DNA of 63,937 bases, filler included, from Hausera hauseri (taxonomy: Eukaryota): assembly GCA_046269625.1 (NCBI GenBank). It is 13 parts of 13 records of this genome, joined end to end, with 100 filler letters (N's around TTAATTAATTAA, not from the genome) between each part and the next. Parts side by side here need not be neighbours in the genome. Positions count along the whole stretch, not along the records: positions 23,824 to 29,668 come from JBJURY010180639.1; positions 29,769 to 34,056 come from JBJURY010654885.1; positions 34,157 to 38,356 come from JBJURY010705104.1; 10 more parts are not named here. One strand, 5' to 3'. A program made the position numbers and the translations under genes. Every line of letters starts with the position of its first letter. Positions within the stretch are counted from its first letter, which is position 1. This document shows, in pieces, positions 24,872-34,564 of the stretch. Below the pieces are notes generated by a model. That model was not told where the DNA came from, made no database searches, and saw nothing but the letters and a program-made list of their open reading frames with translations.

Positions 24872-27800
24872 GAGTCAAGATGGCGCCGACACTGGTGGCT
24901 TGCCGTCTACCTCTGTCCGCTTTGATTGTTTTGTTGCTATTTTGGTCGCTTCTTTTCAATGTGATCAACTCACTGCTGGTGTATGATCGCCAGCAACTCA
25001 TACATCTGCAGTTTTCCACCTCGTTGGGCAGCTTTAACCGAGGTTCTGGACCCCCACCGCATCTCCTCTCGAGCGTCCCTGGTTACCTGGTGCGCGAGGC
25101 CGCATTGCCCGCACGAAGACATCGCTCCAGGCGCCGTGGAAGACGTGCTGGTCGTCGTGTGAGGCTCAGAGCTAGCTTTGCTCTCTCCTCTGCTGCTGAC
25201 CAACGGACAATAAATCCTCCTCCAGGCTGCCTCGCGGACTCCTGCCTGCTTCAGGTGACCGGCTCTGATGCGCACGGCGCGCGAAGCTGCTGTGGCTCCG
25301 ACTGTGGCGTCTCTGACCGTCTCCAGGTGAACGAATCCAACTCGGGTCCATCTGCTGCCCCATCCCATGTCAACCCGTTGATTTCCCCAGCCAACTCTGA
25401 GGTGGCTCACGGCTCCCGGATCGAGGTGCTTCACCCAGGTCTGCGTAGTGGGCACACGCGCGCGCGGAGCTCCGTTTTCCCCGGCGAGCGAAGACGAGAG
25501 GTAAACAACCTGAAACAGCTGATCTGCGCTCCGTGCCCGACTCTTCCTCCAGCTGCTGGTCCTACAAGACTCGCGTTGTTAAACGTGAGGTCCCTGGCAA
25601 ATAAAACTTTTGTCATGAACGACTTTTTCTGCTCAAACGGACTGGACTTCATGTTCCTCACAGAAACTTGGCTTCCTCCTGGTGAGTTATCTGTTTTTTC
25701 TGAACTTTTGCCGGTGGATTGTTCATTTTTTAACACTCCCAGGCTAACTGGAAGGGGTGGTGGAGTTTTGGCTGTTTTTAAGAAACTCTGGAACTGTAGA
25801 CTGTTACAGGCAGCAACCTTTCAGACTTTCGAATTGCTGCATTTTGAACTGGGCCGCTCCAACCCCCTGCTTTGTGCTGTGATCTACAGATCACCTAAAA
25901 TCACCGGAGGCTTCATCAAAGAACTCTCTGACTTCCTGACTGGAATATTCTTGAAATATGACAGAGTTTTAATTTCAGGGGATTTTAATTTGCACGTCTG
26001 TTGCCCTGAGAAGCCGTTGGTTCATGATTTTCTAAACCTGATCCACTCTTTCAACCTGGTACAAAATGTTGTTGGTCCAACTCATCAGCAGGGCCACACA
26101 CTGGATCTGGTTCTGTCCCATGGTTTGTCTGTGGTTAATCTGGAGATTGGTGATGCTGTTGTTTCTGATCACAAACCCATCTCATTTGAAATATCTCTTG
26201 CACGTGTGTCTAAACCTCCCGCTCCAGCCAAGTGCTGTCGTATATTTAACCCTTCAACTGCTGCTCTTTTTTCTTCTGCGTTCACTTCCACTGCTGTTGT
26301 AACCCCTGAAACATCTGCCTGTGTCAGTACACAGGAGCTGCTCAGTAGCCATAATGAGACCTGCGCTAAGATCCTGGACCTTGTAGCCCCACTTACAGTC
26401 AGGCAGCCGAAGATGACAAAATACCCCTGGATAAATGAGACCACGAGGGCGGCGAGGCGGCTCTGCAGGAGAGCAGAACGCAAGTGGAAAAAGGACCACC
26501 TCCAGGTTTCTTTCATTTTATTGAAAAACTGTCTAAAGAACTATCAGTCCACAGTCAAATCAGAGAAAAACAAATATTTCTCCCAAATCATCACCTCTAA
26601 CAGACACAACCCCCGCATTCTTTTCAACACAGTAAATTCCATTCTTAATGCTCCTCCATCTGCCAGCATTGAGGCCTCTCCTGACTCCTGTAACAGCTTC
26701 ATTAAATTCTTTGTTGAGAAAGTGGAGTTCATTAGGTCCACCATCCCCCACTCGGCAGTCGACACCTCTCCTATTGTTTCTTGTTCTGCAACTTTCAGGC
26801 AATTCAAACCCATTTCACTCTCATTGTTAAACAGTGTTGTTGGTCACATGAAACCCTCAGGCTCCCCCATTGATCCCATCCCCCCATCATTGTTTAAACA
26901 GGTACTACCGTCGACTGGGCCCTCTGTTCTTAACATTCTGAATAGTAGCTTTGCTACATGCGAGGTCCCAGATGCCTTCAAGCATGCAGTGGTCACTCCA
27001 TTAATAAAGAAACCGGGTCTTGACCCTTCAGTCTGCTCAAACTACAGACCAATATCAAAACTCCCCTTTCTGTCCAAAATCCTTGAAAAGATAGTTTCCA
27101 CTCAACTAAATCAGTTCCTCAATGATAACAAAGTCTTTGAGGTCTTCCAGTCTGGTTTCAAGCAGCTCCACAGCACAGAAACAGCTCTGGTTAAGGTTTA
27201 CAATGACATTCTGTTGGCAAACGATTCTGGTCACTTTGTGCTACTTGTACTCCTTGACCTTACTGCTGCTTTTGATACAGTTGACCACAGTATTCTTATT
27301 TCACGGCTCGAACACTGGGTAGGGATCACAGGTGCTGCACTAGACTGGTTCCGATCTTACCTCACTGACAGAAGTTTTTGTGTCAAGGTTGGGAAAAATG
27401 TATCCACTTCAATGTCTCTCTCCTGCGGGGTCCCACAGGGCTCTATTCTTGGTCCACTTCTCTTCACACTGTACATGCTTCCGCTGGGATCCATCCTAAG
27501 AAAACATGGTATCTCGTTCCATTGTTACGCGGATGATTGCCAGATCTACCTGCCACTGAAACCAGCTCATGCAGGCTCCCTCCACCCTCTCCTAAAATGT
27601 CTGGATGACATTAAAACATGGATGGCTTCAAACTTCCTAAGTTTTAATGATCAGAAGACTGAAGTCATCATCTTTAGCCCTAGCTCAGCGGCCGCCTCGG
27701 ATCATATAGACCTGGACTCCCTCCAGCCCTATCTCAAACATTCAGTGAAAAATCTTGGGATGGTTTTTGACTCAGACCTTAAGTTTGATAAACAGATCAG

Positions 27801-28580
27801 TTCCGTTCTACAGAGAAGCTTCTTCCAACTGCGGCAGGTAGCTAAACTCAAAACAGTTTTGTCTAGACCTGACCTTGAGACACTAATCCATGCATTCATC
27901 ACAACCCGCCTGGATTATTGTAATGCACTGTATGCTGGGATCAGCCAGGCCTCCTTCTCACGTCTTCAGCTTGTCCAGAATGCAGCAGCTCGGCTTTTAA
28001 CCGGTACACGTAGGTCTGAGCACATTACACCAGTTCTCTCCTCCCTTCACTGGCTCCCCGTGAGAACTAGAGTTGACTTTAAAATTCTGTTGTTGACCTA
28101 TAAATGCCTAAATGGCCTCGCTCCCCTCTACCTCTCCGAACTGCTGGTACCATATGTTCCCTCGCGCACCCTGAGGTCATCTGATCAGATGCTTTTGGCG
28201 GTTCCAAAAACCAGACTAAAGCTCCGAGGAGATCGGGCCTTTTCAGTCATCGGCCCCAAACTTTGGAACAACCTGCCCCCCAACATTAGGCAGGCCTCCT
28301 CCCTTCACATGTTCAAATCAATGCTGAAGACCCATCTGTTCTCTCTGGCGTTTCATACTGTGTGAGCTGACTATATATTGTACCCTGTTGTTTTCATTTT
28401 AATGCTGTTCTTATACATTTTTGTTATATTTTTACTGCTGTTAGTTTCATAGTTTTACCATTAGTGCGTGTTACGGTTTCTGTAATTTTTTTATATCTCT
28501 TTGATGTTGTTTGTGAAGCACCTTGATAACAGTTTATCTGTTTTAACTGTGCTATAGAAATAAAATTGACTTGACTTGAA
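24872..28580 (+). mobile_element. L2-clade LINE, apparently full-length, teleost-like
   Basis: 5' caagatggcgccg, one long ORF, and a 3' UTR ending aataaaattgacttgacttga (short tandem tail typical of L2). Confidence 0.9.
24880..28365 (+). CDS. L2 LINE protein: APE endonuclease + reverse transcriptase (1161 aa, uninterrupted)
   Basis: LLNVRSL, FLTETWL, GDFNLH, GHTLDLV, SDHKPI; NYRPISKLPFLSKILEK, LDLTAAFDTVDH, GVPQGSILGP, CYADDCQIY; C-terminal HITPVLSSLHWLPV and GDRAFSV. Confidence 0.97.
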   Translation: MAPTLVACRLPLSALIVLLLFWSLLFNVINSLLVYDRQQLIHLQFSTSLGSFNRGSGPPPHLLSSVPGYLVREAALPARRHRSRRRGRRAGRRVRLRASFALSSAADQRTINPPPGCLADSCLLQVTGSDAHGARSCCGSDCGVSDRLQVNESNSGPSAAPSHVNPLISPANSEVAHGSRIEVLHPGLRSGHTRARSSVFPGERRREVNNLKQLICAPCPTLPPAAGPTRLALLNVRSLANKTFVMNDFFCSNGLDFMFLTETWLPPGELSVFSELLPVDCSFFNTPRLTGRGGGVLAVFKKLWNCRLLQAATFQTFELLHFELGRSNPLLCAVIYRSPKITGGFIKELSDFLTGIFLKYDRVLISGDFNLHVCCPEKPLVHDFLNLIHSFNLVQNVVGPTHQQGHTLDLVLSHGLSVVNLEIGDAVVSDHKPISFEISLARVSKPPAPAKCCRIFNPSTAALFSSAFTSTAVVTPETSACVSTQELLSSHNETCAKILDLVAPLTVRQPKMTKYPWINETTRAARRLCRRAERKWKKDHLQVSFILLKNCLKNYQSTVKSEKNKYFSQIITSNRHNPRILFNTVNSILNAPPSASIEASPDSCNSFIKFFVEKVEFIRSTIPHSAVDTSPIVSCSATFRQFKPISLSLLNSVVGHMKPSGSPIDPIPPSLFKQVLPSTGPSVLNILNSSFATCEVPDAFKHAVVTPLIKKPGLDPSVCSNYRPISKLPFLSKILEKIVSTQLNQFLNDNKVFEVFQSGFKQLHSTETALVKVYNDILLANDSGHFVLLVLLDLTAAFDTVDHSILISRLEHWVGITGAALDWFRSYLTDRSFCVKVGKNVSTSMSLSCGVPQGSILGPLLFTLYMLPLGSILRKHGISFHCYADDCQIYLPLKPAHAGSLHPLLKCLDDIKTWMASNFLSFNDQKTEVIIFSPSSAAASDHIDLDSLQPYLKHSVKNLGMVFDSDLKFDKQISSVLQRSFFQLRQVAKLKTVLSRPDLETLIHAFITTRLDYCNALYAGISQASFSRLQLVQNAAARLLTGTRRSEHITPVLSSLHWLPVRTRVDFKILLLTYKCLNGLAPLYLSELLVPYVPSRTLRSSDQMLLAVPKTRLKLRGDRAFSVIGPKLWNNLPPNIRQASSLHMFKSMLKTHLFSLAFHTV

Positions 28581-29530
28581 GACACGTTCACATTCGGATG
28601 ATGTTGTTTCAAGTGTGTTAACGAGTTAAGACATGTTGCCTGCGGCAGATCCAATCTCCGTGAAACAACGTCGAGACACAGCTTTGGATTTGCACTCGTC
28701 TTTTAAGAAGAAAGCCGTAACATATGAAGAAACACCCATAAGAAAGCCATGACATTTGAAAGACTGTCCACACGAAAGAAATGTATCTGCAAAATCTTCC
28801 ACAAGATCTTCTGAGATGTCAGGCATCAAGTCAGCATTGTAGAAATCATGGTCGATACCCTCTATGTATGTCAATCATGACAACCCTACCTTGATGTGAT
28901 CCTCTCGTGGTTTCGAAACTCCCCATTAGGAACATGAATGGGAGCATTTTGTTGCCGATCCTAATGATTGTTCATGACCTGTTAGATGATATATTCAGAC
29001 TACACCGCCAGGATTCGGCTGGATGCTACACGGAGGCAATTTGGCTCTAAAGCTATGTTACACGTTTANNNNNNNNNNNNNNNNNNNNNNNNNNNNNNNN
29101 NNNNNNNNNNNNNNNNNNNNNNNNNNNNNNNNNNNNNNNNNNNNNNNNNNNNNNNNNNNNNNNNNNNNNNNNNNNNNNNNNNNNNNNNNNNNNNNNNNNN
29201 NNNNNNNNNNNNNNNNNNNNNNNNNNNNNNNNNNNNNNNNNNNNNNNNNNNNNNNNNNNNNNNNNNNNNNNNNNNNNNNNNNNNNNNNNNNNNNNNNNNN
29301 NNNNNNNNNNNNNNNNNNNNNNNNNNNNNGAAGATTAAACTCGTAAATAAAACTCAGATTTTTTTTGTCTAGTATACACGTGTTATGCCAAATTTCAGAG
29401 CAATTGGGCTATTCCCGAGGTTACCGGGATGCATGAAAATCTGTATGTATTTTAAGCATTGAGGCAGCCATATTAGACGGCTAATTTCCATAAATTATGC
29501 AAATTTAATGTCTCACTATAATTTTCTTTC
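28581..29530. mobile_element. Probable DNA-transposon remnant of fish type
   Basis: ccccattaggaacatgaatggga and gccaaatttcagagcaatt motifs resemble non-autonomous fish DNA elements. There is a short minus ORF at 28626-28874. Weak evidence. Confidence 0.3.
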
Positions 29531-29768
29531 TATGCTGATAGCATGTGCGTAGTTATATAAGAGAGTTGACAACTAACGATTTGGACCCCCGAGGGCTAAT
29601 ACCACCTAGTCTTATCTTGTCTTTGATACACAGTCATCGAGCGCCAGCTCTTGTTGTCTTTGATGCCANNNNNNNNNNNNNNNNNNNNNNNNNNNNNNNN
29701 NNNNNNNNNNNNTTAATTAATTAANNNNNNNNNNNNNNNNNNNNNNNNNNNNNNNNNNNNNNNNNNNN

Positions 29769-30090
29769 CATGAAAGCAGGTGGGGATCAAACCCACAGTG
29801 TCGAATCGACACTCGCTCATTCCGCTTTTTATAAGCGATGAACACGCCACACACAACCACGCGACTCATTAGAAGCTCGCCGATAAAATCAATCCCCCTC
29901 CGTAGTGATCGAATTTCGTCTCTAAGTCATCGACACGGCCTACATCTGTACCAGTTACTCATATACCTTGTTGCACGTAGCGCAAACGCTGCACCAAAAC
30001 AGGTGGGGATCGAACCCACAGTGCAGATACCGGCACTCACTCATACCGTTTTTTATGGGCTGCGGTTGCACTCCATGCATCCATGCTACG
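29769..30090 (-). repeat. Two tandem tRNA-like (SINE-head) sequences
   Basis: Both copies have a T-arm/B box (gtgggttcgatccccac; gtgggtttgatccccac) preceded by a variable-arm-like hairpin (gtgccggtatctgcac; gtgtcgattcgacac). No complete cloverleaf. Confidence 0.6.
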
Positions 30091-31113
30091 TGCAGAATAA
30101 CTTGAATAAAGAACAAATATACAAACACTGTCAATGACGGAAAATAAAGGGAAAGGTTCAAGATATTTTGTTAGAGCACATTGTGCAAATACCTTTCCGG
30201 TGAACTAAAACCTAATATGCATTTCTAATGTATACATGAAAGATATTTTTATGGTTAATTGAACTTGAAACCGAATTGTAGAGAAGTATGATAAAAAACA
30301 CAGCGACCCAAATAGTAACATTTTACATACAGGTGCAATAATAACATGGATGGGTGCTACACAAGTACCGCTTCAGACAATCATAATGAATCATTATTGT
30401 AAATTAAATTTTGTAAATCTGAAACTAAGAGCAAGTAAATTTGAAATTCGCAAAATTTCACATTATGAACCCTAGTGCCGTACAACAGAACTTACATTTA
30501 TTATGCAAGAAACTTTTGGTATTGTGCGATAGCACTAGAATAACTATTTCATTAAGCCCCCACTAAAAAAAACCTGGACACACCACTATAGGGAATCACA
30601 TTTTGTCATACTGTTAACTTTGGAAAATTCCAAATCCGTAAAGAACGAAACCAATCCCAATTTAATCTGGTGACTGTAGAGAACCCTGCCGTCCCATTTG
30701 ATACGATTCAATGAACCGTCGTCGTCAGATACGATTAAATCTTCTCGATAAAGACATAGGCTATAATGAAAAAAGGATGTTAAACCAATAATTAATGGTG
30801 TGTGTTTGTGTGAATTATTCGAGGGTTGTATGAAAAAGAAGAAACAAATTGAATGTTTGAATAATTAAATAAATCTATATTGAAAATACTCGCATACACA
30901 AAATCAGCAGAATTACGAATTTTATCCCAGACGTATGATACATTCATTAAAAATATGCCGATTATATTTTAAATAGATATTTAAAAGATAAAAATGAACT
31001 CATTATCTAAAAAGACCAACACAGCAAAAAGAATAACCACAGTTTATTTAGAAAAATCTGTGGAAAATCCACACTTACGCACATTAAATTATAAAATGCA
31101 TGAATACACATAC

Positions 31114-31690
31114 CAATTAATTTTACTGCTGAATGAAATAATATCCACCAAAACAATTGAACCGTTAAAAGGTTTTCAAAGGCGCTGTTAAATCACTAAT
31201 GTCAAATAAAATCCAGGTTGCAAAAAATCATGCTTCTTACCTTCCAATTTGTACACGTGTCAATTGAAATGAAAAGACCAACAAAAATCCTCTCGACGTC
31301 TAAACAGCGAATATCAAGAAAACCATCAACAAAAAACATTAATCATACTCCAACAGCAAATGTGGTTGAATCGGGACTCCATTCGAAATACTGATTTGTC
31401 CCATAGACATCCAAAGACTCTGTTGATCTGTCACAACATGACAGAACTGTAATCGACTAAAACAGAATGATAAATTCCATATGATTCTACCCTACCTTGA
31501 AGTCATACAAAAATTTTGGGAATATTTCCAATTTTCTTTGGCAATTTGAATATTTTCGTTTGGCAAAATGAATTATCCGTCGCTTGGATTTGGGAAACTA
31601 CATTAACGTATTTGCTTTTGCTGTTTGAATTAAATATATGAACGACTAAATTATTTCTCCACTGAATGGGTACTTCGTCAAACAATGAAA
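31114..31690 (-). CDS. RIC1: RIC1 (RAB6A-GEF complex partner) N-terminal exons; two apparent 1-nt frameshifts
   Basis: Splicing introns 31457-31495, 31300-31348 and 31196-31240 gives LYDFK|SITVLSCCDRSTESLDVYGTNQYFEWSPDSTTFAVG|TSRGFLLVFSFQL. This matches the RIC1 motif G...EWRPDS..IAVSTANGYILFF. Upstream PIQW resembles the MYF..GWP start. Confidence 0.7.
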
Positions 31691-32628
31691 TCGGTGTTCT
31701 CCGTAAAACCGATTCATTTAATGTGCCAATCTTAAATAAATTCCCATTTTCAAACGTATTTACCACTGAAATATTCCTTTAAAATGTCCACAATTAGTAA
31801 TTACTAAAAATAGTAATAAAATTTACTCCAAATTTCCTTGTTTCGAAAAATCAATAAACTACTAACATTACCATTCAAATTAACTAATTCATCAAAATCT
31901 AATTGAAATACGTAACTAATGAACTCCTGTAAAATGCTATTTGGTTCTTTTCGTTCTAGAAAAATGTCAAACGATATAAGAATTTGAAAAAACTTAAATT
32001 AAAAAAATATAAATAAACAAATAAATATTTAAACAAATTTTACGACATGAATTAGTGAAATTCAATTTACTTAAACAGAGTTATGTTTGCATTCCACAGG
32101 ACATCGTATTTTAGTAAGTAGCTGAAAAAGACAGTTTTTAAGCAAATTGAAGAAAAACTGAATAAGTGATCAAATTCTATAGCCTGATAATTTACGTATA
32201 TAGAATGTAAATTAAGTGTGCATGGGCACAATTAACTTTTCAATCGTGCCTACAAACTGGTACGTAATTTATTAATTTTACCACAATTTTGTCACCAAAA
32301 TAAATTCTATACATTTCAAAAATGAAAGACAGACGACGTAACACATATCTCTGTTAACAAAATATCAAAATAATTGCAAAATTTTATCCCGCAGATTCCC
32401 CTATTAGGAAAACTTATTTTTTCACTCCAAAATTTTGTTGGCATTTGTTAATCTTATACAAAAATTAGCCAACATGAATAAATGTGTTGCGTAAAGTCGG
32501 CAGGATATTTAATTATAAATTTTAGGTCAAAATATAAATGTTTTATAAATTTTAAATTTTATGAACGTTCTAACTAATTATGCAATCTTAAAAAATTAAA
32601 ATCAACGGATAATTTTAATTTTTCTTTT

Positions 32629-32662
32629 CAGGCGGGGGAGCCTTGTAAGGTTCCACCTTACA
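32629..32662 (+). other. Possible polypurine tract and LTR start
   Basis: aggcgggggag followed by tgtaagg-ttcca-ccttaca, a perfect 7-bp hairpin. Confidence 0.35.
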
Positions 32663-33101
32663 AAAAAAATTAAATAAATAAAATCAGTAAAATTAAAGGA
32701 CCACATACTTTCAAAATTTATTAGCAAAATATTATTTACTAATAACAAATTTTAAATCTCTCAATATTTAAAATAAAATAGCAAAATCAAAAATTTAAAA
32801 TCACAATACAAAATCACGGGTTCGCCCAACATAAAACCAAAGTACATACAAATATATCAAAATAAAATATTTCAAACAAAATCTTCTCCCAAATTCTTAC
32901 TAAAAGCACAAAAATAAATCACAAGTGCTGAAATAAGCAGCACTTACAAAATGAAAAACAATCAAGATCTGTGGATTTAATACATTTGTTTGAATCCACA
33001 GATCAAGGATCGAAGAGTTTCTTTCAAACAGAAAACCGAAAAGTCAGTCGAATATTTTCCCAGAAAAGAAAAAAGAAACATTCAAGAAAAGAAAATATAA
33101 A

Positions 33102-33905
33102 ATGTCGGAAATCACGACAGATTCAACCAGCAGCCACGAAAAAAAACCATTATGCTCAACCAAGACTACCAAACCCGGCGAACCGCACGCCCGGAACAAA
33201 ACCACGGCCATCCCAGCCAATACCATCCTTTGCGGAATTACGGCATCACGGATGGCGGGGTATCGTATCCCAAAGATATCCTGATCAACAAGCACGGATC
33301 ATGCAAACCAGATAGATGAGCACATCGTCTCCAGAAAACAAATCTGGCGCGAAGATCGAAGCCGGGCCGCACAGCGAGACGCCGCCTCCCGCGGAAAACG
33401 CCGTTTCGACACCCGTAAACGAGCCGCGTGTCGGTTCTATTCGGAATTCCTGACTACACGGGAGTTGCTGGAACAAAGCCGCTTTGTTTGGCACCTAACC
33501 CAACTGGATCGGAACGGTCCATACGCCTTACCCAGAGGAACGCTACACCGATTTTATAAAGATGGGGAAAATCGGCGTCTTTTCGATTCGTCGACTTTCC
33601 TCCCGGTGTTTTTCCGGCTGATGACGGCCACCGACCGTCTGTACGAATCCGTGGTTCCGACTGAGAGCCGGCTGATACCCACCCAACGGGCTTCCTACCG
33701 ATCACGGGAAAGAGCAGCGAGCTCCAGTTCACACGATGGTCCCGTGCCGCTTCGTCGACGCCGGCTGCAACCGACGCAACAAAACACAACGTCTACCGAT
33801 TCCAGCTCGGACGACGTTCCGAGCAGCACGCTCCTACATCACCGGAGGAATCCTCATCTTTCCCCGACGGACGAGTCCTACGCATCGGCTGACGAGACAA
33901 TGATA
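33102..33905 (+). pseudogene. GC-rich, Arg/Ser-rich ORF of about 270 codons with one in-frame TGA; probably from a mobile element
   Basis: ORFs 33102-33284 and 33465 onward share a frame and are joined by 60 open codons. The only break is TGA at 33282. Confidence 0.5.
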
Positions 33906-34264
33906 AAACAAAATAAATGTCCTAACTTGTATTTGGCCTTTGTTGTGTTTATGTTACATTTTGTGTTTTTATTCGATGAATTTATTAAGCACAAAAGTAC
34001 TAAAGTGTCTATCGCATGTTTCTTTATATCAGGTACTGTGCTTAGAATATTTTCTTNNNNNNNNNNNNNNNNNNNNNNNNNNNNNNNNNNNNNNNNNNNN
34101 TTAATTAATTAANNNNNNNNNNNNNNNNNNNNNNNNNNNNNNNNNNNNNNNNNNNNAACATACAGGCAGGTCTAATCTGATAATGAGGAGTGGATTTCTT
34201 TAGCTTCTCAGTACTAGATGGGGTAGGCCCAGTTGTGTCGTGAATACGATTCCTGGCCACAAAC

Positions 34265-34465
34265 GTGTGAAAGTTTGTGTTTATATTCATCTCTGTGTGC
34301 GAGAGTTTGGATTTACATGCATCTCTGTGTGTGAGAGATTGCATTTACATGCATCTTTGTGTGGAGATTGTGTTTATTTGCATCTGTGTGTGAGAAATTG
34401 TGTTTATATGCATCCTTGTGTGTGAGAGTTTGGGTTTATATGCTTCTTTGTGTGTGTATATGAGA
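34265..34465 (+). repeat. TG-rich minisatellite, unit about 28-30 bp
   Basis: Repeated gtgtgagagtttgtgtttatatgcatctct-like units. Confidence 0.85.
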
Positions 34466-34564
34466 GACATATCAGACTAAAGTCCTGCTGTTATCTGTCA
34501 ATTAAATGACAGACAAAGGAAGTTTTAATGTCAGTATGGCTGTCAAATCTGCTAGTGAAAATGT

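Noticed and set aside
28986-29372. ORFs spanning N runs
   Set aside because: They are open only because the Ns hide stop codons.
33282-33284. Selenocysteine or programmed readthrough at the in-frame TGA
   Set aside because: No redox motif or recognisable SECIS. CGA-to-TGA decay is simpler.
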